This document shows positions 20,913 to 32,770 of a stretch of DNA of 64,000 bases, piece after piece. The translations under genes and the position numbers were made by a program. The first letter of the stretch is position 1; each line of letters starts with the position of its first letter. This DNA comes from Thiobacillus sp. (GTDB taxonomy: Bacteria; Pseudomonadota; Gammaproteobacteria; Burkholderiales; Thiobacillaceae): the NCBI RefSeq assembly GCF_018780105.1, contig NZ_JADMKC010000005.1:16482-80481 (forward strand), read 5' to 3'. The notes below the pieces were generated by a model. The model searched no databases. It saw only the letters and a list, made by a program, of their open reading frames with translations, and had not been told where the DNA came from.

Positions 20913-22511
20913 CTAGTCGTCGCTACTGCAGACGCGGTTGCGGCCGCCGTGCTTGGCCTGATACAGCGCCTGGTCGGCGGCCTTGATCAGCGCGTCGCCG
21001 GTTTGCACCAGCGGGTAGGTGGCGATGCCCACGCTGATGGTGGCGAGGAAATGGCTGTCGCCATGCGGGTGGTGGATTTGCGAGAAGTCGTGGCGGATGC
21101 GCTCCATGATGGCGAGCGCCTGCTCGGCATCGGTGTGCGGCAGGCCGATCAGGAATTCCTCGCCGCCGTAACGGCAGATCATGTCGTGCTTGCGCAGGCG
21201 CTGTTTGAGCAGCCACGACAGGCTGCGGATGACCTGATCGCCGACCGGGTGGCCGTAGCGGTCGTTGACCTGCTTGAAATGGTCGATATCGAGCATCACC
21301 GCCGACAGGAATCCGCCCTCGTGCACGATGCCGGACAGCACGACGTCCAGCGTGTGCTTGCCGCTGGCATGGTTGAGCAGGCCGGTCAGGCTGTCGTGGT
21401 ACATCGAGCGGCGCAGGGCGCGGTAACGCTCGATCTTGCTCTTGACGATGGTGTTGAGGAAAACCGGGTTGAACGGCTTGGTGAGGAAATGATCGCCGCC
21501 GAGGCGCATGGCGTCGACCTGCAGCGCGACGTTGGTTTCGCCCGACAGGTAGACGATCGGAATGCTGAGGAATTCGCTGTGCTGGCGGATGATGCGCGCG
21601 ACTTCGACGCCGGTGCAGCTGGGCATGTACATGTCCATCAGGATCAGATCCGGATTGAACTGCTTGAGCGCGTGCAGCGTTTCGCGCGGATCGTTGACGA
21701 TGTGCGCGTTGATCTGGATTTCCGCCAGGGTGCGGTGGATGAAGTGGCTGGCGGTTTTTGAGTCTTCGACGATCAGCACGCGGTAGGCTTCCTGATCGTG
21801 GCATTCGTTCAACTGCATGATGTGTTCGACGACGGCGTGAGACGGCGTGCCGGTCAGCAGACAACTGTCGCAGCCGCTCTTCAGCGCCAACTGCAGCTGG
21901 TCGAAATCGGACGCGACTTCGAGCGCGATCAGCTGTCCCATCCCGAAACGCTGTCGCAGTGTCTGGATCCGTTCATGCCATTCGGACGCGGGCAGCCCGC
22001 TCAGATCAAGCAGCAGCAGGGGGGCTGCATCCGCGCTGTCGGCGACCGGCTGATCCCAACTCACGAACTCGGTCGACATGCCGAAATAGCCCAGCTGCGT
22101 CAGCAGCTCGGACCAGCTGGCCTGCTGGTGTCCGATCAGCCAGGCGCGCGCGCTGCGCATGCTTTGCGGCGCAATGAATACGGGATCGCGCGGCAGGGTG
22201 TCGAGGCTGGAATTGGCGCGTGCCTGGGTCAGGCGCGCCAGCGCACGCACGCGCTCGTTGAGATCGTCCTGCGCGGCTTGCGGCAGCGGATGTTCGACCT
22301 CCTGGGTAAACAGCGTCAGCGTCACCTGTTCGAGCTGGTGGCTGGCGTGATGCAACGCCGCGATGCCTTTGTCGATGAGGAATTCTGTGAAGCTGTTGAT
22401 CGAGATGGCGAGCTCGACGAAATTTTCGAAACTGGGGCTCGCCAGATAGCGATCCCAGGTGTCGGTCAATGTCTGATTCTTTTGCAGCAGTGCCTCGGGT
22501 GAGCAGAGCAT
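20913..22511 (-). CDS. Response-regulator diguanylate cyclase (helical N-domain, degenerate REC, REC, GGDEF)
   Basis: VLIVEDS...LILMDMYMP REC; DSLTGL, DIDHFKQVNDRYGH, RYGGEEF. Confidence 0.9.
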   Translation of the reverse strand: MLCSPEALLQKNQTLTDTWDRYLASPSFENFVELAISINSFTEFLIDKGIAALHHASHQLEQVTLTLFTQEVEHPLPQAAQDDLNERVRALARLTQARANSSLDTLPRDPVFIAPQSMRSARAWLIGHQQASWSELLTQLGYFGMSTEFVSWDQPVADSADAAPLLLLDLSGLPASEWHERIQTLRQRFGMGQLIALEVASDFDQLQLALKSGCDSCLLTGTPSHAVVEHIMQLNECHDQEAYRVLIVEDSKTASHFIHRTLAEIQINAHIVNDPRETLHALKQFNPDLILMDMYMPSCTGVEVARIIRQHSEFLSIPIVYLSGETNVALQVDAMRLGGDHFLTKPFNPVFLNTIVKSKIERYRALRRSMYHDSLTGLLNHASGKHTLDVVLSGIVHEGGFLSAVMLDIDHFKQVNDRYGHPVGDQVIRSLSWLLKQRLRKHDMICRYGGEEFLIGLPHTDAEQALAIMERIRHDFSQIHHPHGDSHFLATISVGIATYPLVQTGDALIKAADQALYQAKHGGRNRVCSSDD

Positions 22512-22514
22512 GAT

Positions 22515-23471
22515 TTATTCCATGCCCTCTTGTTCCAGCCGGAGATACTGGTTGTACGCGTTGGCCCGGTTGGCCTCTTCGAAGGCCGGCAGATTGCGCC
22601 AGGCCGACCAGTCCGTCGCCGCATAAGCATCCTCGAAGGGCACCAGATCGCGTGCGGCCCGACCCATCTGCTCGCGTACGAACACAAGGTAGTCGCGGGT
22701 GAACACCAGATCGGCGCGTGGCGTGCGCGAAAACGCACCGTGGCCGGGCACCAGAACCCTGGGTTGCAGCGCGATCAGCTTGTCGAGCGCAGCGATCCAA
22801 CTGCGGCTGTCGGCATCGCCGACATAGGGCACCCGCCCCAGAAACACCAGATCGCCGGCATACAGCACGCCGTCTTCCTGCACCAGCATGGCCAGGTCTT
22901 CTGCCGAATGCGCAGGGCCGACGTGGCGCAACGCAAAGTGGAGGCCGCCCATTTCGAAATCGGTGTCGCCTTCCAGAAAAACATCCGCTTCCAGCAGGCG
23001 GGTGGTCTCGTTGACCCAGGGAAACAGCACGTCGCGGCGCTGCGCCAGGCGCTCGGCGGCCGCCTCGCTGCGGGTGCAGCCCTCGGCAGCACGGTGTGCC
23101 CAGATTTCGGCGCCGAGCGCCTTGAAGGTCTGCAGTCCGTAGAAATGGTCGGCGTGGCAATGGCTGAGGATCACGCGGCGGATCGGCTGCGGGGTGATCG
23201 TGCGGATCAGGCCGAGCAGTTTGTCGGCCAGCGGCGGCGAGGCCAGGGTATCGAATACCACCACACCCTCGCCGGTGACGACAAAGCCGGCATTCGACAT
23301 GAAGCCCTGGTTTTCGCTGGAGGCCGCGCCGGGCAAACCTTCCACGAAATAGCTGTGGGCGCCCAGCTTGACCGCCTTCATCGGCACGTCGACATCCACT
23401 AGATTGGCTGCGGCGGCAGGAAGGCAGACGCAGCAGATCAGCGAAAACAGGAGACGCAGCAGGCTATTCAC
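22515..23471 (-). CDS. Exported MBL-fold metallo-hydrolase (SoxH-like)
   Basis: Signal peptide; SHCHADH, AHS, AGDL and PGHG motifs. Confidence 0.82.
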   Translation of the reverse strand: MNSLLRLLFSLICCVCLPAAAANLVDVDVPMKAVKLGAHSYFVEGLPGAASSENQGFMSNAGFVVTGEGVVVFDTLASPPLADKLLGLIRTITPQPIRRVILSHCHADHFYGLQTFKALGAEIWAHRAAEGCTRSEAAAERLAQRRDVLFPWVNETTRLLEADVFLEGDTDFEMGGLHFALRHVGPAHSAEDLAMLVQEDGVLYAGDLVFLGRVPYVGDADSRSWIAALDKLIALQPRVLVPGHGAFSRTPRADLVFTRDYLVFVREQMGRAARDLVPFEDAYAATDWSAWRNLPAFEEANRANAYNQYLRLEQEGME

Positions 23472-23618
23472 AAAATTAATCAGGTTCTCGGGTAGGGCAT
23501 TATAAACAGTATGGCGATTCCGGTATGCCGGCTTTCAAACGGGACAGGCGTGTCCTGGATGACGACCGTCCGCGGCCCATGCTGTGATATCTTCAAAATG
23601 TGTAAGAGGGAGTCAGGC

Positions 23619-24146
23619 GTGTTCAAAAAACAGTGGCCAGCGTTCGTGCTGGCATTCGTATTGCCGCTCGTGGCGGTGTTCTGGTGGTGGGGCGGATTCA
23701 ACGCGGTGAGCGTGAGCGAAACCGAGGCCGGGCCTTACCGTTATGCCTACCTCGAGTACGAGGGGCCAATCAGCAATATCCGCAAGCCGCAGCGCACCGT
23801 GCTGGAGAAGTTCGATCTCGCCAAGGTGGAAGCGGGCGACACCATCAACGTGATCCTGAGCGATCCGCGCGCGACCCACGGCAAGGTGCGCGCGCAGGTG
23901 GGCTACACGCTCAGCGAAACGGCGGCGATTCCGGCCGGCCTGACCGAGGGCCGCATCGCCCGCCGTCCGGTGTACGCCGCCGAGGTGCATGCGGTCGTGC
24001 TGCTGGCTCCCTCCAAGACGTATCAAAAACTGGCCGATACGCTCGAAGCGCAGGGTAAAACGCTCACCATGCCGACGGTCGAACTGTATCGCCCGGCCGG
24101 GCAGAGCAATCGGGTGGGCCATTTCACCCTGGAAATGAATCGCTGA
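23619..24146 (+). CDS. Membrane-anchored GyrI-like small-molecule-binding protein
   Basis: GTG at 23619 after GAGGGAG; N-terminal TM; GPYRYAYLEYEGP and terminal VELY/LEM pattern. Confidence 0.6.
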   Translation: MFKKQWPAFVLAFVLPLVAVFWWWGGFNAVSVSETEAGPYRYAYLEYEGPISNIRKPQRTVLEKFDLAKVEAGDTINVILSDPRATHGKVRAQVGYTLSETAAIPAGLTEGRIARRPVYAAEVHAVVLLAPSKTYQKLADTLEAQGKTLTMPTVELYRPAGQSNRVGHFTLEMNR

Positions 24147-24151
24147 CCCGC

Positions 24152-25072
24152 ATGGCATTCTTCACCGTCCTCGCTGCCGTCACCCTCGAGCACATGCGCC
24201 CGCTGCGGCAGCCGTTGCCGCACTACCAGCAGTACGCGCGTTTCACCCAATGGCTGGAGCACAAGTTCAACGCCAACGCATTCAGCCACGGCGCCATCGC
24301 CTGGGGGCTGGCGGTGGTGCCGCTGCTGCTCGGCGTGTGGCTGGTCGACCGCCTGCTGAGCGGCATCAGCCCGTTTCTGGGCTGGGTGTGGAGTGTGGCG
24401 GTGCTGTATTTCACCCTCGGCTTCAAATATTTCAGCGACGACGCCGAACGCATCGCACGCCTGCTGCGGGCCGGTGAACTCGATGCCGCGCGCGCGCAAC
24501 TCATCGCCTGGCGCGGCGGCGACGCCAGCCAGTTCAGTGCCGACGAAGTCGCACGCGTCACCATCGAGCAGGTCATGGAGGCCAGCCATCGCCAGATGTT
24601 CGGCGTGCTGCTGTGGTTCGTGCTGCTGATTCCGCTCGGGCCGGTCGGCGCGGTGCTGTTCCGCACCGCCTCGATCCTGGCGCGGCGCTGGCTGGGGGCA
24701 CAGGGTGCGTTCGGTGCATTTGCACAGCGCGCCTTTCATGCGATCAACTGGCTGCCCCTGCGGCTGACAGCGCTGACCTACGCCATCGCAGGCAACTTCG
24801 AGGACGCGACGTTTTGCTGGCGTACCCAGGCGGCCGGCTGGCCGGAGCCGGAAGACGGCGTGGTGCTGGCGGCCGGCGCCGGTGCGATGGGCATTCGGCT
24901 GGGGCAGCCGCTCAATGTCGGCGGCGAAACCGTGTGGCGCCCCGAGCTGGGTAGCGGCCAGACCGACCCCGACCCCGACAGCATCGACAGCGCGGTCAGC
25001 ATGATCTGGCGCGGGCTGGTGATCTGGATGGTGGCCGGGCTGCTGATCGTGATCGCAGGCTGGGTGACCTGA
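24152..25072 (+). CDS. CobD/CbiB family membrane protein
   Basis: INWLPLRLTALTYAIAGNFE, AAGAGAMGIRLG; TM-rich. Confidence 0.8.
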   Translation: MAFFTVLAAVTLEHMRPLRQPLPHYQQYARFTQWLEHKFNANAFSHGAIAWGLAVVPLLLGVWLVDRLLSGISPFLGWVWSVAVLYFTLGFKYFSDDAERIARLLRAGELDAARAQLIAWRGGDASQFSADEVARVTIEQVMEASHRQMFGVLLWFVLLIPLGPVGAVLFRTASILARRWLGAQGAFGAFAQRAFHAINWLPLRLTALTYAIAGNFEDATFCWRTQAAGWPEPEDGVVLAAGAGAMGIRLGQPLNVGGETVWRPELGSGQTDPDPDSIDSAVSMIWRGLVIWMVAGLLIVIAGWVT

Positions 25073-25078
25073 CGTCCC

Positions 25079-26317
25079 ATGCTGAACGTTTTATGGGTCG
25101 GCTTCTTTGTCGCCGCCTTTGTGATCGCCCTGTTCAAACTGCTGGTGCTGGGCGATGCCGGAATATTCGCCGGCCTGGTCAAGGCGCTGTTCGACAGCAG
25201 CAAGGCGGCGTTTGAAATCGCGCTCGGCCTGACCGGCGTGATGACGCTGTGGCTAGGCGTCATGAAAATCGGCGAGCGTGCCGGCATGCTGGAACTGCTG
25301 ACGCGCGGCCTGGCGCCACTGTTCAAACGCCTGTTTCCCGAAGTTCCGCCCAACCACCCGGCGCTCGGCGCGATGACCATGAACATGGGCGCCAACATGC
25401 TGGGTCTCGACAATGCCGCCACGCCGCTCGGCATCAAGGCGATGCAGGAACTACAGACGCTCAACCCCCTGCCCGATACCGCCAGCGACGCGCAGGTCCT
25501 GTTCCTGGTGATCAACACGGCCTCGGTGACCCTGCTACCGGTGACCATCTTCACCTATCGCGCCCAGCTCGGCGCAGCCGATCCGACCGACGTATTCGTG
25601 CCGCTGCTGATCACCACCTACATCGGCACGCTGTGTGGACTGCTGGTCACTGGCATGTATCAGCGCCTGCACCTGTGGAACCGCGTCACCCTGGCTTACT
25701 TGGGCGGCGCGACCGCGCTGATCGGCGGACTGGTGGCCTGGTTCGGCAGCCTCGACGCGGCCGAGATGACGCGGCAGTCGTCGATCCTCAGCAACGTGCT
25801 GCTGTTCGGCCTGATCGTCACCTTCCTGCTGATGGCGGTGCGCAACCGGGTCAACGCCTACGAGGCCTTCATCGAAGGCGCGAAGGAGGGCTTTCACACC
25901 GCTGTCACGATCATTCCGTATCTTGTTGCAATGCTGGTGGCCATTGCTGTGTTCCGCGCCAGCGGCGCGCTCGACTTGCTGATGAATGCTGTGCGTAGCG
26001 GCGTGCTGGCGCTGGGCTTCGACACGCGCTGGGTCGATGCCCTGCCGACGGCGCTGATGAAACCCTTTTCCGGCAGCGGTGCGCGCGCGATGATGATCGA
26101 CACCATGCAGGCGCACGGTGCCGACTCCTTTGCCGGACGCCTCGCTTCCATCGTGCAGGGCAGCACCGAAACCACCTTTTACGTGCTGGCGGTTTACTTC
26201 GGCGCGGTCGGCATCAAACGCGTGCGCCATGCCGTGACCTGCGGGCTGATCGCCGACGCCGCCGGCATCCTCGCCGCCATCGGCATGGCCTATCTCTTCT
26301 TTGGCAACAGCGCATGA
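25079..26317 (+). CDS. SpmA/SpmB fusion (nucleoside recognition gate) membrane protein
   Basis: ANMLGLDNAATPLGIKAM and GSTETTFYVLAVYFG motifs. Confidence 0.88.
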   Translation: MLNVLWVGFFVAAFVIALFKLLVLGDAGIFAGLVKALFDSSKAAFEIALGLTGVMTLWLGVMKIGERAGMLELLTRGLAPLFKRLFPEVPPNHPALGAMTMNMGANMLGLDNAATPLGIKAMQELQTLNPLPDTASDAQVLFLVINTASVTLLPVTIFTYRAQLGAADPTDVFVPLLITTYIGTLCGLLVTGMYQRLHLWNRVTLAYLGGATALIGGLVAWFGSLDAAEMTRQSSILSNVLLFGLIVTFLLMAVRNRVNAYEAFIEGAKEGFHTAVTIIPYLVAMLVAIAVFRASGALDLLMNAVRSGVLALGFDTRWVDALPTALMKPFSGSGARAMMIDTMQAHGADSFAGRLASIVQGSTETTFYVLAVYFGAVGIKRVRHAVTCGLIADAAGILAAIGMAYLFFGNSA

Positions 26318-27798
26318 AAACCTACGACACCCTCGCCGCCGTCGACCTCGGCTCCAACTCTTTTCGCCTCGAAGTGGTGCGGGTGTCCGGCGACCAGCTT
26401 TATCCGCTCGATTCGCTGAAGGAAACCGTGCGCCTCGCCGGCGGCCTGACCGATGACAAGCAGCTCGACGAAGCCACCCAGACGCGCGCGCTGGCCTGCC
26501 TGCACCGCTTCGGCGAGCGCCTGCGCGGCCTGTCGCCGGAAGCCATCCGCTGCGTCGGCACCTCGGCCCTGCGCATCGCCAAGAACGCCGACATCTTCAT
26601 TCCCAAGGCCGAAATCGCGCTCGGCCACCCGATCGAAATCGTCGCCGGCCGCGAGGAAGCGCGGCTGATTTATCTGGGCGTCGCGCATTCGCTGTTCCCC
26701 TCGCCCGACAAGCGGCTGGTGGTCGACATCGGCGGCGGCTCCACCGAATTCATCATCGGCCAGGGCTTGAAGCCGCTGGAACGCGAAAGCCTGCACATGG
26801 GCTGCGTCAATTTTTCGCGGCGATTTTTCCCCGAAGGCGTGATCGACAAGGCCTCGATGAAAGCCGCCGAGACGGCGGCGCGCGCCGAAGTCGAGCGCAT
26901 CGCCCGCGAGTTTTCCCATGGCAACTGGCAGCAGGCGATCGGCTCGTCCGGCACCGCGCGTGCGCTGCGCGAACTGCTCGAACTCAATGGCCTGTCCGAT
27001 ACCGGTATCACCGCGCACGGCCTGACCCAGCTGCGCAGCCTGATGGTCAAGGCGGGGCATATCGACGCGCTCGACCTCGTCGGGCTGACGCGCGACCGCC
27101 GCCCGGTGATCACCGGCGGCTTTGCCATCATGATGGGTCTGTTCGCCGAGCTCGGCATCGAGCAGATGGACGTCGCCGAAACCGCGATGCGCGAAGGCAT
27201 CCTGTACGACCTGCTGGGGCGCTTTCACAAGCAGGACATGCGCGAGGCGACGGTGGACGAATTCATGCGCCGTTACCACATCGACAACCAGCAGGCCGCG
27301 CGCGTCAACCGCGTGGCGCTCAAGCTGCTGAGCGCGGCGGGGGGCGAGGCGGCGAGCGAGAACGACGTGCAGTTTCTCGACTGGACCGCGCGCCTGCATG
27401 AAATCGGCCTGTCGGTGTCGCACGGCGGCTATCACCGCCATTCCGCCTACATTCTGGAAAACGCCGACATGCCCGGTTTCTCGCGCTCCGACCAGTCGCG
27501 GCTGGCCCTGCTGGCACGCGCCCAGCGCGGCGCGCTGAACAAGCTGCCGGAATTTGCCCCGGAAGGCGGTTTGCCGGACAACGACCGACTGCTGGTGTGG
27601 CTACTGCGCCAGGCTGTGATCCTCTGCCGCAACCGCGCCGAACCGCGTCTGCCCGACATCAAGGTGGAGACCAGCGGCAGGCGTTTCCGCCTGACCCTGC
27701 CCGAAGGCTGGCTGGAACGCCGCCCGCTGACGCGCCGCGCGCTGGAAGACGAATCGGTCCACTGGCACGCAGTGGGCATCAAATTCCTGTTCGCCTGA
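26314..27798 (+). CDS. ppx: Exopolyphosphatase Ppx/GppA
   Basis: AAVDLGSNSFR, GREEARLIYLG, VDIGGGSTE, HEIGLSV HD-like domain. Confidence 0.93.
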   Translation: MKTYDTLAAVDLGSNSFRLEVVRVSGDQLYPLDSLKETVRLAGGLTDDKQLDEATQTRALACLHRFGERLRGLSPEAIRCVGTSALRIAKNADIFIPKAEIALGHPIEIVAGREEARLIYLGVAHSLFPSPDKRLVVDIGGGSTEFIIGQGLKPLERESLHMGCVNFSRRFFPEGVIDKASMKAAETAARAEVERIAREFSHGNWQQAIGSSGTARALRELLELNGLSDTGITAHGLTQLRSLMVKAGHIDALDLVGLTRDRRPVITGGFAIMMGLFAELGIEQMDVAETAMREGILYDLLGRFHKQDMREATVDEFMRRYHIDNQQAARVNRVALKLLSAAGGEAASENDVQFLDWTARLHEIGLSVSHGGYHRHSAYILENADMPGFSRSDQSRLALLARAQRGALNKLPEFAPEGGLPDNDRLLVWLLRQAVILCRNRAEPRLPDIKVETSGRRFRLTLPEGWLERRPLTRRALEDESVHWHAVGIKFLFA

Positions 27799-27806
27799 AC
27801 CGGGAT

Positions 27807-28538
27807 TTATTTCGCGTATTTCGCCTGCATGGTCTGTGATGGCAGTGCGGGCTGAATGTCGGATTCCACCAGAGCGTCTTCCGGTTCGCAGTGGTCCAGC
27901 TGATAGAGCGCGACCACCAGACCGATCGACGAAATCAGCAGGAAATACGGCCCAAACAGCCAGAATACCAATGGCACCGCAAAAAAGAAGGCGCGCATGC
28001 CAATTGCAAACATGTTGCCGGCACGGTGCAACCGCCGCGCAACCGCCCTGGGTGAGAGATTGTGATGGGCGTCATGCTCAGGCACGTTCACCATGAACAC
28101 GACATGGTTGGCCAGGCGCACCGACATGGCGAAGGCAAAGAAGGCCACGATGAAATCCAGCAGCAGGAACATCACCTTGACGATCCAGATCTCGGTGGCA
28201 AATGAGCCTTCGAGGTTCAGTACATGCCAGTTCGGTGCAATGTGCTCGGCTTGACCTGAAAGGGTCAGGGTGCCGATGATGAGCAGCGCAGCGGTCGACG
28301 CCATGAGCGAGGAGCCCATGATGAAATTCCGCATGGTTTGCACTGCCATGATGTCCTTGCTGGAGTTGCGCATGATGTGTTCCACCCACAGGGTGCGCGC
28401 CAGGGCATTGACACCGTGGATGGTGTAGGTGGGGTTGGCCCGCACCTTCATGTTGAGAAAGCCGTAATAGGCGGCAACGATGGCGGCGCTGACGGCGAAC
28501 GCCATGAAATCGATTTCAAAGTCGGCGAATGTGGCCAT
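27807..28538 (-). CDS. DUF599 family membrane protein
   Basis: IMAVQTMRN...S..MAS, FFAFAMSVR, GMRAFFFAVPLVFWLFGP. Confidence 0.85.
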   Translation of the reverse strand: MATFADFEIDFMAFAVSAAIVAAYYGFLNMKVRANPTYTIHGVNALARTLWVEHIMRNSSKDIMAVQTMRNFIMGSSLMASTAALLIIGTLTLSGQAEHIAPNWHVLNLEGSFATEIWIVKVMFLLLDFIVAFFAFAMSVRLANHVVFMVNVPEHDAHHNLSPRAVARRLHRAGNMFAIGMRAFFFAVPLVFWLFGPYFLLISSIGLVVALYQLDHCEPEDALVESDIQPALPSQTMQAKYAK

Positions 28539-28541
28539 GTC

Positions 28542-28733
28542 TTACACCGCGCCCTGGATGTGCCCGAGGAGAGGCGCGTTGTCCGGTGACGGGCTATTCG
28601 CTTTGGGCTCTTTCGTCCGGTCGGTGGCGTTGTCCGGCACGTCAATCTCGCGCAGCAGGTTTTTGAATTCGTCCAGGTTGCCCGCGTTGGCAAAAGACAG
28701 GGCATTGAAAAACAATTTGGTGTGGGTTTTCAT
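28542..28733 (-). CDS. Small hypothetical protein (63 aa)
   Basis: ORF directly downstream of a sigma54 promoter and 3 nt before the DUF599 start. Confidence 0.6.
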   Translation of the reverse strand: MKTHTKLFFNALSFANAGNLDEFKNLLREIDVPDNATDRTKEPKANSPSPDNAPLLGHIQGAV

Positions 28734-28771
28734 GGCGAGTTCGCTCCGGGCGGTTGGGATGAACTTATAAA

Positions 28772-28787
28772 GGCATAATGCGTGCCA
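28772..28787 (-). promoter_or_regulatory. Sigma54 (-24/-12) promoter
   Basis: Minus strand TGGCACGCATTATGCC with exact GG-N10-GC spacing, about 40 nt upstream of the ATG at 28733. Confidence 0.78.
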
Positions 28788-28853
28788 TTAGTGTATCCAA
28801 TTGAATTTAAAAGAATGTTCGTGCCCTTGCTCGGATTAATCAGGGTTTCATGT

Positions 28854-28970
28854 GTTGCATTAAGCAACTTTTAAAAATTGAATTGTTTTTCTATATGTAT
28901 GTTTATAAATGGTTAATTATTAAATTAATGCGGGCGTTGAACTTATGCATCGGTTGTTGCAAAATGCAAC
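28854..28970. promoter_or_regulatory. Two palindromic GTTGC-N5-GCAAC sites (candidate enhancer sites)
   Basis: GTTGCATTAAGCAAC (28854-28868) and GTTGCAAAATGCAAC (28956-28970) flank an AT-rich tract. Confidence 0.65.
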
Positions 28971-28996
28971 CATTCAGGTCGAATTGATGCAAAAAC

Positions 28997-30501
28997 ATGG
29001 ATTCCACACCGCTTTCTGATCCCGGCACCTTATCGCGCCATTCCCTGCGAGGCAAAATCACCCTGGGCTATTACGCAGTGGCGGCGATCATTCTGGTGGC
29101 CTCACTGTTTTTCGTGGGCGAGCTGCGCACGCTGGAAGCGCGGGTGGTGCTGGGGCAGCGGGCTACCGACCTGTTCAATACCGCGCTTGAGATACGTCGT
29201 TTCGAGCGCAACTATTTTCTTTATCATCAGGCCGCCGACCTGACGGAAAACGGCCGCTATATTGAGCAGGCGCAGGCCATGCTTACAGCCAACCGGGCCG
29301 ATTTCGCGGCGATCGCCAGCGAAGCGCGCCTGACCCAACTGCATACGCGTCTGAATGACTATCAGCGGCAGATCTCGGTTTTAGCGGCCGCTGACCCGCG
29401 CCAGTTCGCCGCAGCCGAGCCGCGGGTGCGTCAACTCGGGCAGGCGGTCGTAGCCATCGCCGAGGAGATGGCGGGCACCGAGCGGCACCAGATTCAAACC
29501 ACCCTGGCTTCTTTTCGCAGCTTGCTGCTGGGCGTCATTGTGAGCATGGCGCTGCTGATCGTGGTGATCGGTCGCGCATTGTCGCAACGGGTGGTGAAGC
29601 CGCTCAAGGAAATGGAAACCAGCGTGGCGGCCATTTCAGCCAATTACCGTGAAACCCTGCTGGCGCCTTCCAACGATCGCGAGATCCTGTCCATCATCGC
29701 GGCGTTCAACCACATGCTGAAAGAGCTGGATCTGCGGCAGAAGTCGCTGATGCGGTCGGAGCGCATGGTTTCGCTCGGAACCATGCTGTCCGGGGTGGCG
29801 CACGAACTGAACAACCCGCTGTCGAATATCTCGACCTCCTGCCAGATCCTGCTGGAAGAAGTGGGCGAAAACGATGCGGCGACGCAAAAACGCTACCTGG
29901 AACAGATCGACCAGCAGACCGAACGGGCGCGCACCATCGTCCGTTCGCTGCTGGATTTTTCGCGCGAACGGGCGTTCCGCAAGGAGGCCGTGCTGCTGCG
30001 GCCGCTGGTGGCGCAAACGGTCGGTTTCGTGCGCGGCGAGGTATCGGCCAAGTCGGTGGTGCAGCTGTCCATCCCGGACAACCTGAGCGTGCCGGCCGAT
30101 GCCCAGCGCCTGCAGCAAGTGTTCGTCAACCTGATCCGCAACGCCATGGAAGGACTCGGACCGCAGGGGCGCATCGATATCGCGGCGCAAATCGTGCAGG
30201 CCAGCGAGCCGCCTGCGGGCACGGCCCTGGGCGAGGGCTGCACGACAAAAGGCGCAATGGTGGAAATCCGTGTGACGGACAACGGGCCGGGCATTGCGCC
30301 GGATATTCTGCCGCGCATTTTCGATCCCTTCTTCACCACCAAAGACGTTGGCCATGGCATGGGACTGGGCCTGTTTGTGGTCTATGAAATCGTCGATGAG
30401 CATGGCGGCTGCATCGCCGTGCAAAGCACGCCGGGGCAGGGCGCGCAGTTCTGCATCCGGCTTCCCGTCTTCAACTTGGACACTCAACAGGGAGCGCATT
30501 A

Positions 30502-30502
<1 letters not shown>
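28997..30502 (+). CDS. Sensor histidine kinase (NtrB-like)
   Basis: Two TM segments, HAMP, GVAHELNNPL, N-box QVFVNLIRNA, DNGPG, GLGL. Confidence 0.92.
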
Positions 30503-31863
<1,361 letters not shown>

Positions 31864-31867
31864 TCGT

Positions 31868-32581
31868 TCAAGGACACGCCGGCCGCATCAGCGCCTGCAT
31901 CGTTTTGCCCTGCGCATCCAGCACGAACGCCGTCACGCCGAGATTCGCAAGCTGCCATCCCGGCGCCACGGCAAAACGGTAACGCGCGCGTTGGGGGTCG
32001 AGCGGCCCGACCAATTGACGCACCACGTAATCGTGCTGCAGCGTGCGCTGCGCGTTCTCGCCTGCCGTGATCCTGGAACTGAGCCGGTTTTCATACAGGG
32101 CCAGATACACCTGCGCATTGCGCGCAGCGCCAGATGACACGAAGCGGCTTTCCACCTGCGCCTCGATGACCGCTGGCGTCTGATTGATTTCGAGACTCAG
32201 GCTTACCGTGGCAGGGGCGCGCAAGCGGGCAGGCAGCCCGCCTTGCCAGCTGCGGAAATCCTCGCCATCAAGCATCACCTGCGGCGTATAGACCCAGCCT
32301 GGCCCGCTGTTGCGGGCGCGCTGGCGCTGGCCGAACGCGGCCTGGGCGAACGGGTCGCGCCAGCCCAGCCGGTCCCAGTAATCAACATGGAAGGCCAGCG
32401 GCACCACGCCGCTGTTTGCCGGCAGTTGCGACAGCCAGCGGTCGGCGGGCGGGCAGGAACTGCAGCCTTCCGAGGTGTAGAGCTCCAGCAGGCGGTTTCG
32501 GGTGTCGCCACTGACGGCGCTGCAGGCTGCGGCGTGAACCGTCGGGGCGAGAAGGGCGCATAGCAATATGAAAACGCGCAT
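31868..32581 (-). CDS. DUF1223 thioredoxin-like exported protein
   Basis: ELYTSEGCSSCPPAD, AFHVDYWDRLGWRDPF, YTPQ. Confidence 0.88.
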   Translation of the reverse strand: MRVFILLCALLAPTVHAAACSAVSGDTRNRLLELYTSEGCSSCPPADRWLSQLPANSGVVPLAFHVDYWDRLGWRDPFAQAAFGQRQRARNSGPGWVYTPQVMLDGEDFRSWQGGLPARLRAPATVSLSLEINQTPAVIEAQVESRFVSSGAARNAQVYLALYENRLSSRITAGENAQRTLQHDYVVRQLVGPLDPQRARYRFAVAPGWQLANLGVTAFVLDAQGKTMQALMRPACP

Positions 32582-32770
32582 GAACAACTCCTGTTGGATT
32601 TTGTCTTGGTCGCGTCATGTGGATATTCCTTACGGATTTAATCCGGGTTTGTCTCCGCGGGCAAAAGCGCCAGAGACTGATGGTCTGGCAGGGTGTGACT
32701 GTGTCACGGGAAGACGCATTCGCCACTCGGGACTAGAATAAGGGACAGAGTTGTCCTGAAAGCGATTGCC

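Noticed and set aside
32116-32134. CATTGCGCGCAGCGCCAG match to 43155
   Set aside because: One copy is inside a CDS and the other is largely explained by the rlmA remnant; likely chance.
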